A stretch of 64,000 nucleotides of DNA from Oculina patagonica. Its lineage: Eukaryota. The notes below the pieces were generated by a model, which searched no databases, was not told the origin of the DNA, and worked only from the letters and a program-made list of their open reading frames with translations. Of the stretch, positions 1 through 13,133 are shown piece by piece. The DNA lies in contig NC_135761.1 of assembly GCF_052425735.1 (NCBI RefSeq), forward strand, positions 50,406,001 through 50,470,000, read 5' to 3'. The translations under genes and the position numbers were made by a program. Within the stretch, counting starts at the first letter, position 1. The number at the start of each line of letters is the position of its first letter.

Positions 1-1171
1 CATCTTACTCGACCACATTCTTACAAATTTTCATGTAAATTTTGTTCTCTACTTGTTCTGTACTCTTTCCAACGTTTAAAAGTGGTGTGTTCTTCCTACT
101 TCGGTGATTTAACTACAGAATAAACAAATTAACGCGGATAGGAAAAACCAGAAGTAAGGTATGCTTTGAATATACAATTCGTGTTTAAGACAAAACGAAT
201 TTCAGTTCACTAAGTCTATGTCCTTGTTTGACATACCGGTACACGACTGAGAGCTAGAACCCAGCTTCGTTTAAAAATAATCTATTAGGTTGAATGCTGG
301 TTAATCTAAATACCAAAGACTTTTCTAATCTGTTAAAAAATGAACATCAATAGCTCACCTTGTTTTCGTAAAGGAATGTTGTCTTTGACCGTCTTTGCTT
401 CAAACTCACCAAGAAGCTTGGAAGATTTCCATTTCGATCGGCCACAATCTTTACTCCTCTACTAACTATGGTTGTCATCGCGGTTGAAACGAGAAATATA
501 TCCAGAAATAATGTATCTGTAATAAACTGTCTTTAAAACTGAGTCCTTCGTGTGCTTTTCAATCGCGGAGTCTTCATGCTTAGTAGTGAACTCATGCGTA
601 CGCTTGGTAAATCGGCATGCTGTGAGATTGTTTCCTGACTTTTGACTCTGAACCATATTCAAAATTCTGCTGTTCACCTTACCGTTTCCCGAGAGCTTAT
701 CACGTATGAACCAGAACATTTGGCAAATCAATCCATGCACAAGTTTAAAATAAGCTCGCTTAGAAGCTGATAAATCCAGACGAGCCGGACAGCCAACAGC
801 GGACTTCCTCAAGTTAGTCTCCCCTTCATGTAATTCTAACATTGTCAACAAGAGCTAAGAATGATTTTTTCCCTCGCGTTTAAAACTTCCTACTATATAA
901 GCTTAGCTGAGTAGAAATCGTTTTTAAAAAACTTATTTGCTGAGGGCGAGAGGGCCTGATCGGCCTGATAGTAATGATTTTTTCCGCCAAAAGACGCGGG
1001 TTGCCACCGGAGCCTGTCTCGTTCCCAGGCCTAATCCGTGCGTATGTACGGACGTACCCGACAACCAAAATTTCTCGGTTCGATAGGATACCATTTGCCC
1101 TGTCTGTTCCCTTGTACCCGCATGTTACCTATGGAGCTACGCTACGCGCCTTCGGCGGGTAAGAGCTCCGC

Positions 1172-1172
<1 letters not shown>
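1..1172 (-). mobile_element. 5' part of a Helentron/DINE-1-like element (second copy, continues off the left edge)
   Basis: Near-identical reverse complement of 22831-23838 joined to 27025-27182; terminal subTIR GAGCTCCGCT at 1163-1172 abuts a (TTA)n tract; lacks the Harbinger insertion (single TAA at 155-157). Confidence 0.8.

Positions 1173-1237
<65 letters not shown>
1173..1237. repeat. (TTA)n microsatellite
   Basis: Perfect trinucleotide run. Confidence 0.97.
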
Positions 1238-1817
1238 GTGTAGAGGCTATAACTGTTTGAAACTGATAAACTGACAAGAAGCGAGTAAAAGGCTATCCTT
1301 CGCCACATATCAAGTGTCACTCTAACAAAAGTGTGTATCTTCACGGTCTATTCATTGGCTATATTTGGTGCAGAATGTACCTTTGTGATCGTTTAGGGTG
1401 CTGCCCTCCGCTAATTCGCTTATACACTTAAGCGCAATGGTGTAAACCTTAATAGTTGATTAATTAATTAACATCAATTAATGTTAATTCATTAATTATA
1501 GCGATGAGGGGTGGGGATTACCTGATTGTGTGTTCTTAGTAAAACGGGGAGGCCATCTACGTAACCTTTCAAATGAAGAGCCCCAATATATGTATATATC
1601 TGTTTCAGAAAGCGCTATGCTCTCCTTGTGTTACTGGTGTTTCTGGGACAAAATACTTTGCGCTAAACGCATGCGCAGATTACTTTATGTTACACAGGGA
1701 TTTTGCTATATGTATCTATTCGGAACACCCGCATTAAAACATTATTTAACTACACCGTAGACAATGTAAAATTGTCATGGTCAATTTCCATTTTGTCCAA
1801 ATTATATTAAATCTCAC

Positions 1818-2143
1818 CATTTCTTTTCCATTTCTATCCAGATAAGTTAACCATTGTTTTCCTTCCTGTGAGTAAGACAACTTAAATTCCTTGACCCACG
1901 CCCCTTTACCGTTCACTTCGCCTCCCTGGGTAGCAACGCCACACACTTGATGTAGCTTTCCAAGGTCAACCTGAAGCCATTCGTCGCTTTTGCTAGAAGT
2001 CTTCGTACACCATCCATTGTTAAAATAGTCGAGCCGACCACGACTGGGATGATGCCCAGAATCTTTGTAAGAAGAAGCCGTCATCCGTCCATAACCGATG
2101 ATATACGGACTGGAAACACCAAGATCATTGCTGAAGCAGTTTC
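1818..2143 (-). CDS. Internal exon encoding the N-terminal part of an F5/8 type C (discoidin) domain
   Basis: Translation NCFSNDLGVSSPYIIGYGRMTASS...GRL...GWC...EWLQVDLG...GVATQG...WVKEFKLSYS...GKEM; acceptor cacatAG before 2143 and donor GTGAG after 1818 on the minus strand. Other exons not identified. Confidence 0.88.
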
Positions 2144-4100
2144 CTATGTGTAATTGATAGTCTTAGCTTAGAACTTATTTAGAATGGGTTTTACTGGAGT
2201 CTGGTAGGTAGTTCGCATTTAATTTGGTTCTGCATTGTTTTGCTTGGTGATTAGTTCAAGAAACTCGCGCCACTTTCGCATCCAATAAAAGGGAAAACGA
2301 AAACCAATCATGACTCTCTCATTGAGATCTTGCTTTACTCCAGATTGAAAAAAACAAAACAAGCAAAAAACATGGCACCACTTCGTCACTCAGATGTTTT
2401 ACCTTTGTTATTGCTATGGTATATTATGTTAAAAAAATATGTTGTAAAAATTAATAACAAACTAGGTTTGTATGGTGTATTTTGGCTAACATGGATATTG
2501 TTATGGAACTTTTTTTTGGTTTTTAGTGCAGAATGCAATTTTGTGATGGTTTGGTGGGCTGTCGTCTGCTAACCCCTAACGCGCTAATGTGTAAACTTTT
2601 AATCACCAATTAATTAATTATTCCTTGTGGAGGGGGTGGGGGTGGGGAGCACCTGACCGTACCCCTAGGTAAAACCTGGAGCACATCTACGTTACTTTCA
2701 TATGAGGATCTCAAACGTATATATTTGTTTCAGAAAACCCTTTGCTCTCCTTGTGGTACTACTCGACGTTCTAGGGCAACGTTCTTTACGCCAAACGCAT
2801 GCGCAGTTTAGTCTACGTTTTTTGCTGGAACTCTCATGAACATCACTTGTATTGCGTGTTTGTGGTAGGATTCCTGCAGACTTCGTGGCGCCAAGTGAAA
2901 ACCACAAATTAATTAAATTAGATTTTTAGACTTTCATTGCGTTTTCGTAATTAGGAATGCAAAAACTTGCACCGGGATTTTCGGCGTGAAACTCCTCATA
3001 ACCAGGAAACAGATATCCTAGCTGTACTGCGTTTTAAAAACCCTTTCGAAAAAGATGTTTTTTGATTAGATTTGTTCTTTAGTTTTTGAGAATCGTCTTT
3101 CGTGCAGTTGAAATCGTAACTTAATTAAATTAAACAAATGTCATCGATGTCGCCGTAAAACAAACAAAAAACAAGAGTTTCATGTTACGGCATTTTCAAG
3201 GGAAACAAAAGTATTTTGTTACAAACGAACAAAAGTGTCGTGTTACGTTTGCAAAGATTAACGTAAGGAACACCTGGGAAATAATACAAGTAGCCTGTGA
3301 ACAGTTTTTCCGAAAGTAAAATAAAGCAAATAAACACGAACATATATAAAACATCATACTTTCAATTGTTCCATATTGCATTCTGCACTTACCAAATCAT
3401 CGAGATTTTTAATACTTGCACCCCAAGGGATAATAAAGAAAACATTCATAATGCCTTTTATCCTGTTTTTCGCCAGCCCGGCCCGATGCTAAACTAAAAA
3501 AACTGTCGTTAAAAGAATCTGTTTAAATATTCCAAGTTTTTCTTCTCTAAAAACTCGCTAGTTTCTTTAAAGCATACCTTGTACAGGAGAACCTTGTACA
3601 GGAAGAAAAGATTTGAAGAGAAGCGCTGAGACGGAAACTATAAAACAAAGCGGTAAAGAAGTCATATCTCTTCTTCTGCCTCGAATCAACTGTAAGGCTG
3701 CAGATTAAAAAGAGAAGGATACTAGTCATCTAGAAAAGTTCGTGGATCTATTTGATTCTGTATTTTACCGTATTTAAATTCCCAAGTAGCCAAACTGAAG
3801 CGCAATCTACTGCCTTGATATCCTACGATATCAAGTCACTGACTTGGTACTTTCAATTTATATAGTGATACCGTACGATGAATTGAAAAGAAGTTTTATC
3901 AATAATACAGAAACTCGTGATTTGAGATTAGCTGGTGTTCATCTGTCGTAAAAGAAGTAAAATCTTTCCCGCCAAAACTTAACTTGAGCGCGAGAGGTTT
4001 GCTGACGAGTACTGAAATATATTCAGACTGAAACAATATAGTCGGCGTTCCCAAATGTTTTCACTTAATTTTGAATTTGCGTACGGTAAATACCTAATTG

Positions 4101-4243
4101 TACCTTTTTAGCATGCTTCGGCGGCATACAATGTTCGTTTGGTCTCGCCATGGGTATTTTGGCTTGACTGCGTCTCATCAAAATATGAACCATGGCTCGA
4201 CCAAACTCTCCTTATATGCCACCGAAGCGTACCAAATAAGTAC
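4101..4243. repeat. Short palindromic (hairpin/MITE-like) element
   Basis: GTAC...GCTTCGGCGGCATA...TTTGGTC..GCCATGG mirrored by CCATGGC..GACCAAA...TATGCCACCGAAGC...GTAC. Confidence 0.6.
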
Positions 4244-4559
4244 GACTATGATCAAGTATAAGTATTGATAATGTTTTAAAATGATTATAATATTTTTTCG
4301 AAAAGGAACACGTTAACTAGCTAAAGATTTCTTCCAGTTTTTAGAGCCCCCTAAATGCCTTTTTGGATTCAGTATTTTAGGGATAATGGGGAGTGATCGA
4401 AAAACACGACAACGACGCAACAGCAATTGTCTCTAGACATCAGGAAACAACTGAAGCTTATTTTGTAGAAATAATCCACTTACCCCTTTACTGCGTCCAA
4501 TCTTCTCTTGCTCAGTCCAAATCAATAATGGGAAATACAATAGTTCTTAAACATTTAAT

Positions 4560-5730
4560 TTATATATCCTCGTTTAGCTATTTAGAAACGAGCTGAATGT
4601 ACAATCAACACTCTTTACAAATAAAAAGAATAATTTGATTTCAAATCTAGATAATCTGAAACTGATATTTAACAACGATAAAAAGTTACACGCCTTGGGT
4701 TTTTTTTTTGCTGCGAAATGTATTTTGTAGTTTTCGTAAAAGAAATTAATCCGCAGGTGAATATGCACTTTCTCCTAGTCTTATAACGGCCATGATTTCT
4801 TTCAGTGCCACGGCAATACTGGCATATCCGACCCTTAGTTAGATAACAGTAATGAAAGGAAAAAACGTTTTTAGGGAACAAATTAAATGAACCTTATCAG
4901 AAGTTTAATGAATAGAAAAAAGTGATTCGGTTACATCTGCCATTTGTACGAAATAAACTGAAATTGATCATGATTGTTACTGTTTTGACTGTTTTATATA
5001 TAGGCCGAACAACTATGTATGTTTACAAAAGAAAAAGAACGCAGAGACGCGTACGCGCAATCCAATTAGAGATCACTAGTAATAATAGCTACTAAAAATT
5101 TTAGTTTCATTGACTTCAATGGTGTACTAATTGCTGTTTTTATAAGCAGGATACATCCATTGTGTTATTGACGATCATTGTTAATGGCAGATACAACCGT
5201 TTGGAAATATTTGTATATCCTCGTTAAGTATACAATACCTAATTAGAAACGAGCTGAATGAATTAATCAACACTCTTAACAAATCAGAGGAATACTTTGA
5301 TTTCAAAACTAGATAATCTGGAACTAACATTAAAAAGCATGATAACTTGCAAGCGTTGGATTTTCCTTTTGCTGCGAAATGACCTTTGTATTTTCGTGAA
5401 ATAACTCAATCCGCACTTTGTTTTATCCTACAGTAGGTGCATATTCACTTTTTACTTTTCTATATCTCCTAACGGCAATGATTTCAGTTCGTGCGAATGC
5501 TACCAGTATTGGCATCGCCGATCTTTAGTTTAGATAATAGTACAAAAAGGACAAAACGTTTTACGGAACAAATGAACCTTATCAGCACTTTTAAACCGAG
5601 AACAGTTATACGGGTAACAACATTCTGCTAAGTGCACGAAATAGGCTCAAATTGATTTCATTAATACTACGAATTCCAATTAAAATCAAATACTTCCATT
5701 TTCTAGTGATACTGTTTTGTTTGTTTATAT
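4560..5730. repeat. Diverged local tandem duplication (~4560-5000 vs ~5213-5730)
   Basis: Shared blocks TTAGAAACGAGCTGAATG, TTTGCTGCGAAATG and ATGAACCTTATCAG in the same order. Confidence 0.75.
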
Positions 5731-8442
5731 ATTTCGGTTACAGCTCTATACATTCAGTGAACAAAAATAAAAAAAAAAACGTGGTGATACTTAATCAGAT
5801 TCAAATACAGTTCATCAGTAATAACAGCTAGAAATACAAATGATTTTCAATAAGAAAGTTACATTTTACTTCGATAGTGACTGATTGCTGTTTTTAGAAA
5901 AAAAAAACAGCGTGTCTTAATTATGATACTGTGAATCATTCTTAATGCTGTTGATGAATGACCTTAATGAGCTAGTTCACTTTTCCAGACCGAAGGTTCC
6001 CTAGTGAAACAATTACAATTCCACATCTTTAAAAACTGTGGCTTTGCAATCGGTAAATACTTTTTATTGGAAATGGTTATTATTATTATTATGGAAGTGA
6101 CAAAAAATAGATTTTGAATCAAAAATTAAATAATCAGAAACTAACGTTTTCCATGCATGGTCATCTAAAAAGGCTGGATTTCTCATTCCAGCGAAATTGA
6201 GGTTAAAGGTGTAAATAACGGCTTATGTAGCCCAGAATAAGGTATGCAAGTTGAATACACGCTTTACAATTTCTCGACACCGACATTTTGTACATGTGAA
6301 TGTAAAAGGCCTTAAAAACAAAACGGGTTTATAAAACAAAATTAGCCTATCAAACCTTTTAACTTGTTTTATTTTATAGGAAAGGTTTATTCCTGATACA
6401 TGTGAAATACAAAATAAAAATCTTTGCTTCATTATCCCCATCTTAGATATTCCTCATTTCAGAGATTCCACTTTTAAAGACTTCTTGATTTAGAGATTCT
6501 CCCATTGAATGATTCCACACTTTTGACATTTCCCATTTTAGATATTCCCTCTTATAGAGATGCTCTCTTTTATTAATTATCTCTTCTAAATTTGCCAGCA
6601 TACTGGATTTTAGTGCTTTTTATTTACTGGTAGTCAAAAAGAAAAATTCCAGAGAACGCATAAAATATAACATGCTATTAGCACAGGGCAAAAAAAAAGA
6701 CTGAAAGCGAAAGCGGAGCAACAAGATGACCAGACTTAATGACCATGAAAATTACTGAAAAATAGTGAAATAACAAATGCCTTTCGATGGTTTAACAAAT
6801 AATACGCGCAAATATTCTGCTCCATTTTTTCCTTGTTGGTATTATAAGTTAAAATAAGATGTATATATTATATGTTATTTTGTCTTGATACCTCAAGCAA
6901 TCTTTTTTTTTGGCCGAATTATGATAGATGACAAATGAATTACTATAATCAAACTTAGTATATATGCCATATAGATCTGCTATAGATAGAAAATAATTGT
7001 CAAACATAAAACGATATTTTTCAGGTTATAAATCATGTTTTGACATAACATATGTCATCCGCAGTTAACTCGAATCTCCCGCCAACTCGAACCAATTTTC
7101 GTTTCCCTTCAGGTCATTATTTTTTATCAGGTCATAATTTCACCCTTAATAACGTGAACCATGTCTGTCAATACGTGACAAGTCAAAACAAACAGTGTAC
7201 TGCTGTCAAAAACATTGAATTTATTTAACAAATAAAGAAGCCTAAGCCATGTTTTATACTGTCATAAAACACGATGGGCATTTGACAACAAGAGGGAAAT
7301 GTAGAAAACATTCGCCTGCGGCTCATGTTTTCTACATTTCTCAAGTGTTCTCAAATGCCCGGAGTGTTTTATGACAGAATAAAATATGGCTTAGGCTTCT
7401 TTATTTACTTTATGGTCATATAGACTTTAGACACCGCGAGTGAAATGTTTAATTAAAAATATGTACAAAAAGAGCGAGTAAACAACATAAAAAGCAGAAA
7501 ACAGTTTACGGGAAGACCAGAAAACTGACACAATTTCATTCAGTGTTCGACGTAAAATACGGCTAAGCATTTCAGGTAAGTTTGTTACCTCTCAATCTTG
7601 ATCTTGTCTTTTTGAACTTCACCAACTCTGAGTTCAATTTCGTCTCAGCATAATAAAGTAGTCTCGATGACATCCGTCCCTTGCTTCGTTCGACTCGAAC
7701 AAGGCGTACACTTTCCAGAAAAGCTATTTGCTTCGGATCTTCCCGTAAACCTTAAAAAAAAAGTATTTTATGAGTCAAATGAGTCAATGAGTCATGAGTC
7801 AATGAGTCAAATCTTAAATTAGAGTTATAAATGTGAAAATTGTGCTACCCTTACTAACAAATTAAAGCTAACCGCAAGCAAACCAGTCAGAGAAGAACTA
7901 ATCGCAAGCAAACCGGAGTGGAACTAACCGCAAGCGAACCGGAGTGGAACTAATCACAAGCAAACGGGAGTGCAACTAACCGCAAGAAAACCAGAGTAGA
8001 ACTAACCGTATAAGCAATGTGAAGTGCTTGTAAATAAGCTTACATGTATAAAGGGAAACCATGGTTAAATAGATAATATCCCACTTTGTGTAAAAATCAT
8101 CTTCACTCATTGTGTCAAGACTCATAGACTCATTTGACTCATAAAACAGGGGACCTCTGTCGAGGAAAATATTCGAAAGAAAATTCTCTCGCTCGCTTTC
8201 CTTGCATGTTTCATTGAACTAAAGCAGGGAACACCGCGCCACAATTTTTCCCGTCTCCTCATAATTTCACTTCGTTTACATCAAAATGAAATGTCCAGTT
8301 GATTTATACTTAAAAAGGAATTTAATAAAACAATTATTCCATTCGCCCTTGTTGGATACGAGTGGTTATAGCCAACGAACAGTCAACGACGCGCGTAGCA
8401 CTCGAGGAAAGCTGACGAAAAGCAATAAAATATGATTTTTCT

Positions 8443-8942
8443 NNNNNNNNNNNNNNNNNNNNNNNNNNNNNNNNNNNNNNNNNNNNNNNNNNNNNNNNNN
8501 NNNNNNNNNNNNNNNNNNNNNNNNNNNNNNNNNNNNNNNNNNNNNNNNNNNNNNNNNNNNNNNNNNNNNNNNNNNNNNNNNNNNNNNNNNNNNNNNNNNN
8601 NNNNNNNNNNNNNNNNNNNNNNNNNNNNNNNNNNNNNNNNNNNNNNNNNNNNNNNNNNNNNNNNNNNNNNNNNNNNNNNNNNNNNNNNNNNNNNNNNNNN
8701 NNNNNNNNNNNNNNNNNNNNNNNNNNNNNNNNNNNNNNNNNNNNNNNNNNNNNNNNNNNNNNNNNNNNNNNNNNNNNNNNNNNNNNNNNNNNNNNNNNNN
8801 NNNNNNNNNNNNNNNNNNNNNNNNNNNNNNNNNNNNNNNNNNNNNNNNNNNNNNNNNNNNNNNNNNNNNNNNNNNNNNNNNNNNNNNNNNNNNNNNNNNN
8901 NNNNNNNNNNNNNNNNNNNNNNNNNNNNNNNNNNNNNNNNNN
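8443..8942. other. Assembly gap (500 N) flanked by a probable false duplication
   Basis: 7376-8442 is repeated at 8943-10063, apart from a ~54 bp indel. Confidence 0.9.
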
Positions 8943-9366
8943 AGAATAAAATATGGCTTAGGCTTCTTTATTTACTTTATGGTCATATAGACTTTAGACA
9001 CCGCGAGTGAAATGTTTAATTAAAAATATGTACAAAAAGAGCGAGTAAACAACATAAAAAGCAGAAAACAGTTTACGGGAAGACCAGAAAACTGACACAA
9101 TTTCATTCAGTGTTCGACGTAAAATACGGCTAAGCATTTCAGGTAAGTTTGTTACCTCTCAATCTTGATCTTGTCTTTTTGAACTTCACCAACTCTGAGT
9201 TCAATTTCGTCTCAGCATAATAAAGTAGTCTCGATGACATCCGTCCCTTGCTTCGTTCGACTCGAACAAGGCGTACACTTTCCAGAAAAGCTATTTGCTT
9301 CGGATCTTCCCGTAAACCTTAATTGTTGTCACAATCAAGTTCCAGCAGAATAGAAGAATAAGAGGA

Positions 9367-9778
9367 GAGGGAAAGAAAAAAAAGTATTTTATGAGTCAAA
9401 TGAGTCAATGAGTCATGAGTCAATGAGTCAAATCTTAAATTAGAGTTATAAATGTGAAAATTGTGCTACCCTTACTAACAAATTAAAGCTAACCGCAAGC
9501 AAACCAGTCAGAGAAGAACTAATCGCAAGCAAACCGGAGTGGAACTAACCGCAAGCGAACCGGAGTGGAACTAATCACAAGCAAACGGGAGTGCAACTAA
9601 CCGCAAGAAAACCAGAGTAGAACTAACCGTATAAGCAATGTGAAGTGCTTGTAAATAAGCTTACATGTATAAAGGGAAACCATGGTTAAATAGATAATAT
9701 CCCACTTTGTGTAAAAATCATCTTCACTCATTGTGTCAAGACTCATAGACTCATTTGACTCATAAAACAGGGGACCTC
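9367..9778. mobile_element. MITE-like insert with internal ~26 bp tandem repeats
   Basis: Inverted ends TTTTATGAGTCAAATGAGTC / GACTCATTTGACTCATAAAA; about five AACTAACCGCAAGCAAACCGGAGTGG units; absent from the host copy at 46241-47178; duplicated at ~7760-8157. Confidence 0.7.
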
Positions 9779-10600
9779 TGTCGAGGAAAATATTCGAAAG
9801 AAAATTCTCTCGCTCGCTTTCCTTGCATGTTTCATTGAACTAAAGCAGGGAACACCGCGCCACAATTTTTCCCGTCTCCTCATAATTTCACTTCGTTTAC
9901 ATCAAAATGAAATGTCCAGTTGATTTATACTTAAAAAGGAATTTAATAAAACAATTATTCCATTCGCCCTTGTTGGATACGAGTGGTTATAGCCAACGAA
10001 CAGTCAACGACGCGCGTAGCACTCGAGGAAAGCTGACGAAAAGCAATAAAATATGATTTTTCTATGTTTTATACCCTGATAAAACATAGGTTTTTAGCCA
10101 ATCAAAGCTCGCGTAGACTCCTATCTATATTATAATTTGAAATAAAAACGTACACGAGTCAGAGCCATCCCCGTAATGCCCCTCAAAACACGAACCAAGC
10201 CACGCAATTGACCTGCTACAGACGTTAACGTTTAGTTATTACCGATTGTTTTCCAACCTCTAAAACTTTTAAGGATAATTGATAAGAGATTAATAAGCTG
10301 AGAAGCGTCAGGGTATTAAAAGAAAATCGCATGAACTCTAAGTAGTAGCCCGACGTTGTTCTTTTTGAAACATGCAAAGTTCGCAGTACGTGGACTTCGA
10401 ATTCTTCCGTTGTTTTCCTTAACTGTTTCACAATACGTTACTTATGATTCATACAGTAATTAAAATGTACACTGTAAGAATCGAAAAACAGTAAACGCCT
10501 TATTTCCTTATTTCCGGTCATTTTTTATAAACTTCCGATAACTCGAACTCCCGATAACTTAAACCTTTAAGAGTCGAGTTATCGGTAGTCGATTGTAGAT

Positions 10601-10898
10601 GTAAGGTTGAGTCTGCACCCGAGCCCAGTGGCCTATCAGGCCGGAGCTTATCCCGGTTTCATTAGCATGAAACAAATGGGAGTGTTGCTTTCTTTTCCCC
10701 TAGTCCATCGCAGTGTTACCCCAGCAGTAAATTTGGTGGTACCTATTTATACACCTGGGTGGAGAGAGGCACTATGAGAGTTAAGTGTCTTGCCCAAGAT
10801 CACAACAGTACGCAGTGATCCCAGCCAGGGCTCGAACCCGGATCGCTCAATTCGGAGTCCAGCACGCGCACTCACCATTAGGCCACCGTGCCTCTCAC
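10601..10898 (-). mobile_element. tRNA-derived SINE
   Basis: Minus strand reads GGTGGCCTAATGG (A box) ... GGTTCGAGCCC (B box); homologous to 30117-30424. Confidence 0.85.
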
Positions 10899-12078
10899 AG
10901 CCTCCTGCAAACTTATAAAAATAGATCCAAAAGAAATCGAAAAATTATTTCATTTATGTAAAGACTTTAAAGCGAATTTTGAAAACTGTATGAAGAGTGT
11001 CGACAGTAATGTGTAATTAAATGAGTTTAACTTTACTAAGCTCTGTGCTCGGTTAAAAGACGAACTGTATCTAGACCTTCCTATCTAAAACAAACCCGAC
11101 TTCGTCACTTGCGCTGGTTACGAGTATGTGTTTTGAGCTCTGGCAATTTCATCCCGCTATCTTTGTCGGTTAGGATTTTGAATTGCAGTTGTAAACTTTG
11201 GTTTGCGTATAACGACACTCAACTGAAAACCAACCAAATGTTTTATATTGGAAGTAACCTCATTATTTTTAATTCAAATTATCTGTTATTAAAAGTCTAC
11301 ACTCCTAGAAAATAACTGTTGGAACTTCACCGTAACATGCACATAGAGTATTACATTTAATACTTAAACTCCTAAACGCATGCATACAAACTTTGGTACA
11401 GTATAAGTCTAGCTTGCTTCTCCTTCTTTAATGTCGCACGTTTTACGGACATCCTTTTTAATGAGCAATTGTGTTGGAGATCAACATCGTGAAAGCAAAG
11501 GGGGAGGGGGTGGGGGAGGAAATTGATCATGGCAATTAATCCTGACTTCTGCGGGTCCACTTGCGTCGTTTTAGTGTTATTAGGGACCTTCAGATCAGAG
11601 TACGAGTGCAAGATTGAGTACGAGTACGACTTTTCAAACCAAGCGCTTATACTTTCGATTATCAATTTTCACACCAATCTCGTACCGATAGTCTCCTTTT
11701 CATCTGGTCAGCAACAGGGGGGGGGGGGGGGGGGGGGGGGAGTGAGTTTTCTGAGAACGCAACTTGTCTGAAATTTAAATTCGAAAGTAGTACCCCGGTT
11801 TACTCCATCGCTTACTTGTCTTCCGATCTGACGGTCCCTATTTTGTTCTCATCTGTCATCAGATACAAATAGCTAGCCTAATGTGGTAAATTAACGATTA
11901 ATTAACGATTTGGTTCGCCCCGACAATAATTTTTTTTCAAAACGTGACATCTAAAATCAATAGCAATAATTAATATACAACAAGCATGCATTTGTCCGTC
12001 AAAAGATAGACGTGCCACTATTTTCTTCAATGACTCAGTATAGTTTCGGTTACGAAATTTAAAGGTTAATTACAGTTA

Positions 12079-12761
12079 CTGTATGTGGCCCTTGGTCCGG
12101 ACGAAAAGACGCGAACGTGTATTTCTCAGCTTAGAAGAAGTGCAGTGAGCTGAAATTTGTCCTGTAAATTACCGTGACATTCAGCTAACATGCGGAAAGA
12201 AAACAGCTTCTGTGCTTACTCGATTACTCTGTAATATCGAAAACAGTGGTTCGGTTTGACGGCCCTAGGTCCGGACAGCGGGTCCTTGGTCCGGACAGCG
12301 CGCAATATTTACGCAATAATTGTTTAAAATCCAATCTAAAGAAGCTTTTTGCACATTTTGTATATGCTTTAGTGGAATTCAGAAAAATAAAATAAAAATT
12401 TGAGGGAAGAGAGGTTTATTTCGTCTCATCCACAATATGCAGTGGATATAAACTATAGCGCTTACAATCCTGATAAACGTGATTTGCAAAGTTTGATTTA
12501 AATTCTCCTTTTAGTTTTATTTTTGTAAATTGAAGTTTATTATGCCTTAGAACTTAAACTTAAAGGTATAACTTTTGTCAGACTTTTGTTCTTTCAGTAT
12601 TATTTGGCTTGCCACCTTCAAACTTTTTAAGTTATATTTGGTTGCCGTCAGTGTCCGGACCAAGGACCTAGTCTGCAAAATTTTTTTTTCCTAACGGAAA
12701 AATACTAGATGAACCGAAAGTGTCCGGACCAAGGGCTGTCCGGATTTAGGGCCACATACTG
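12079..12761. mobile_element. Tc1/mariner-pogo-type MITE
   Basis: TIR C(T/A)GTATGTGGCCCT / AGGGCCACATACTG; TA on both sides; internal CCTTGGTCCGGAC repeats in both orientations. Confidence 0.85.
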
Positions 12762-13133
12762 TAGTCCCTATAAATTGTACAACAAAAGCTTCTCAAAAAG
12801 CAAAATTCAACTGGCAATTCACTGATGGTAGTTTTTTTCGTTTTTTTCATCGAAAATTTGCTCGAATCTAAGACAAGTAAATCATTGCTTCCTTTTACTT
12901 GGAGCATACTAATTAGTCCAAGCTCCGTGTTGGATACGGGATGGTTAAAACCAACTCGATGTGGTTAAGTCTTTCTTACCCAACGCGCGCTCTATAATAG
13001 CGCTGTTGTTGTTGTTGTTGTCTTTACCTTAAAAAAGGCTTAACAAGTTTTTAGAAGTTCATATCCATGCTTTACACTCATTTTTTTTCTTTTCAGATCA
13101 ATTTCCCCTGTGCATTTCAATCATATGTCTCTA

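Larger units (their letters stand above)
7221..10136 (+). mobile_element. Hairpin-ended non-autonomous element (copy 1; inflated by gap overlap and a nested insert)
   Basis: Inverted copy at 46241-47178; ~175 nt terminal hairpin at 7231-7405; no TIRs. Confidence 0.75.
7062..10595. mobile_element. Degenerate Tc1/mariner-pogo-like MITE split by a nested insertion
   Basis: Repeated (T/C)AACTCGAA motifs at ~7065-7092 and ~10538-10560; right end GAGTTATCGGTAGTCGATTG|TA; left TIR degraded. Confidence 0.5.

Noticed and set aside
1038-1274. Poly-Ile ORF; also X-rich ORFs at 8432-9010 and 22370-22563
   Set aside because: Artefacts of the (TTA)n microsatellite and N gaps.
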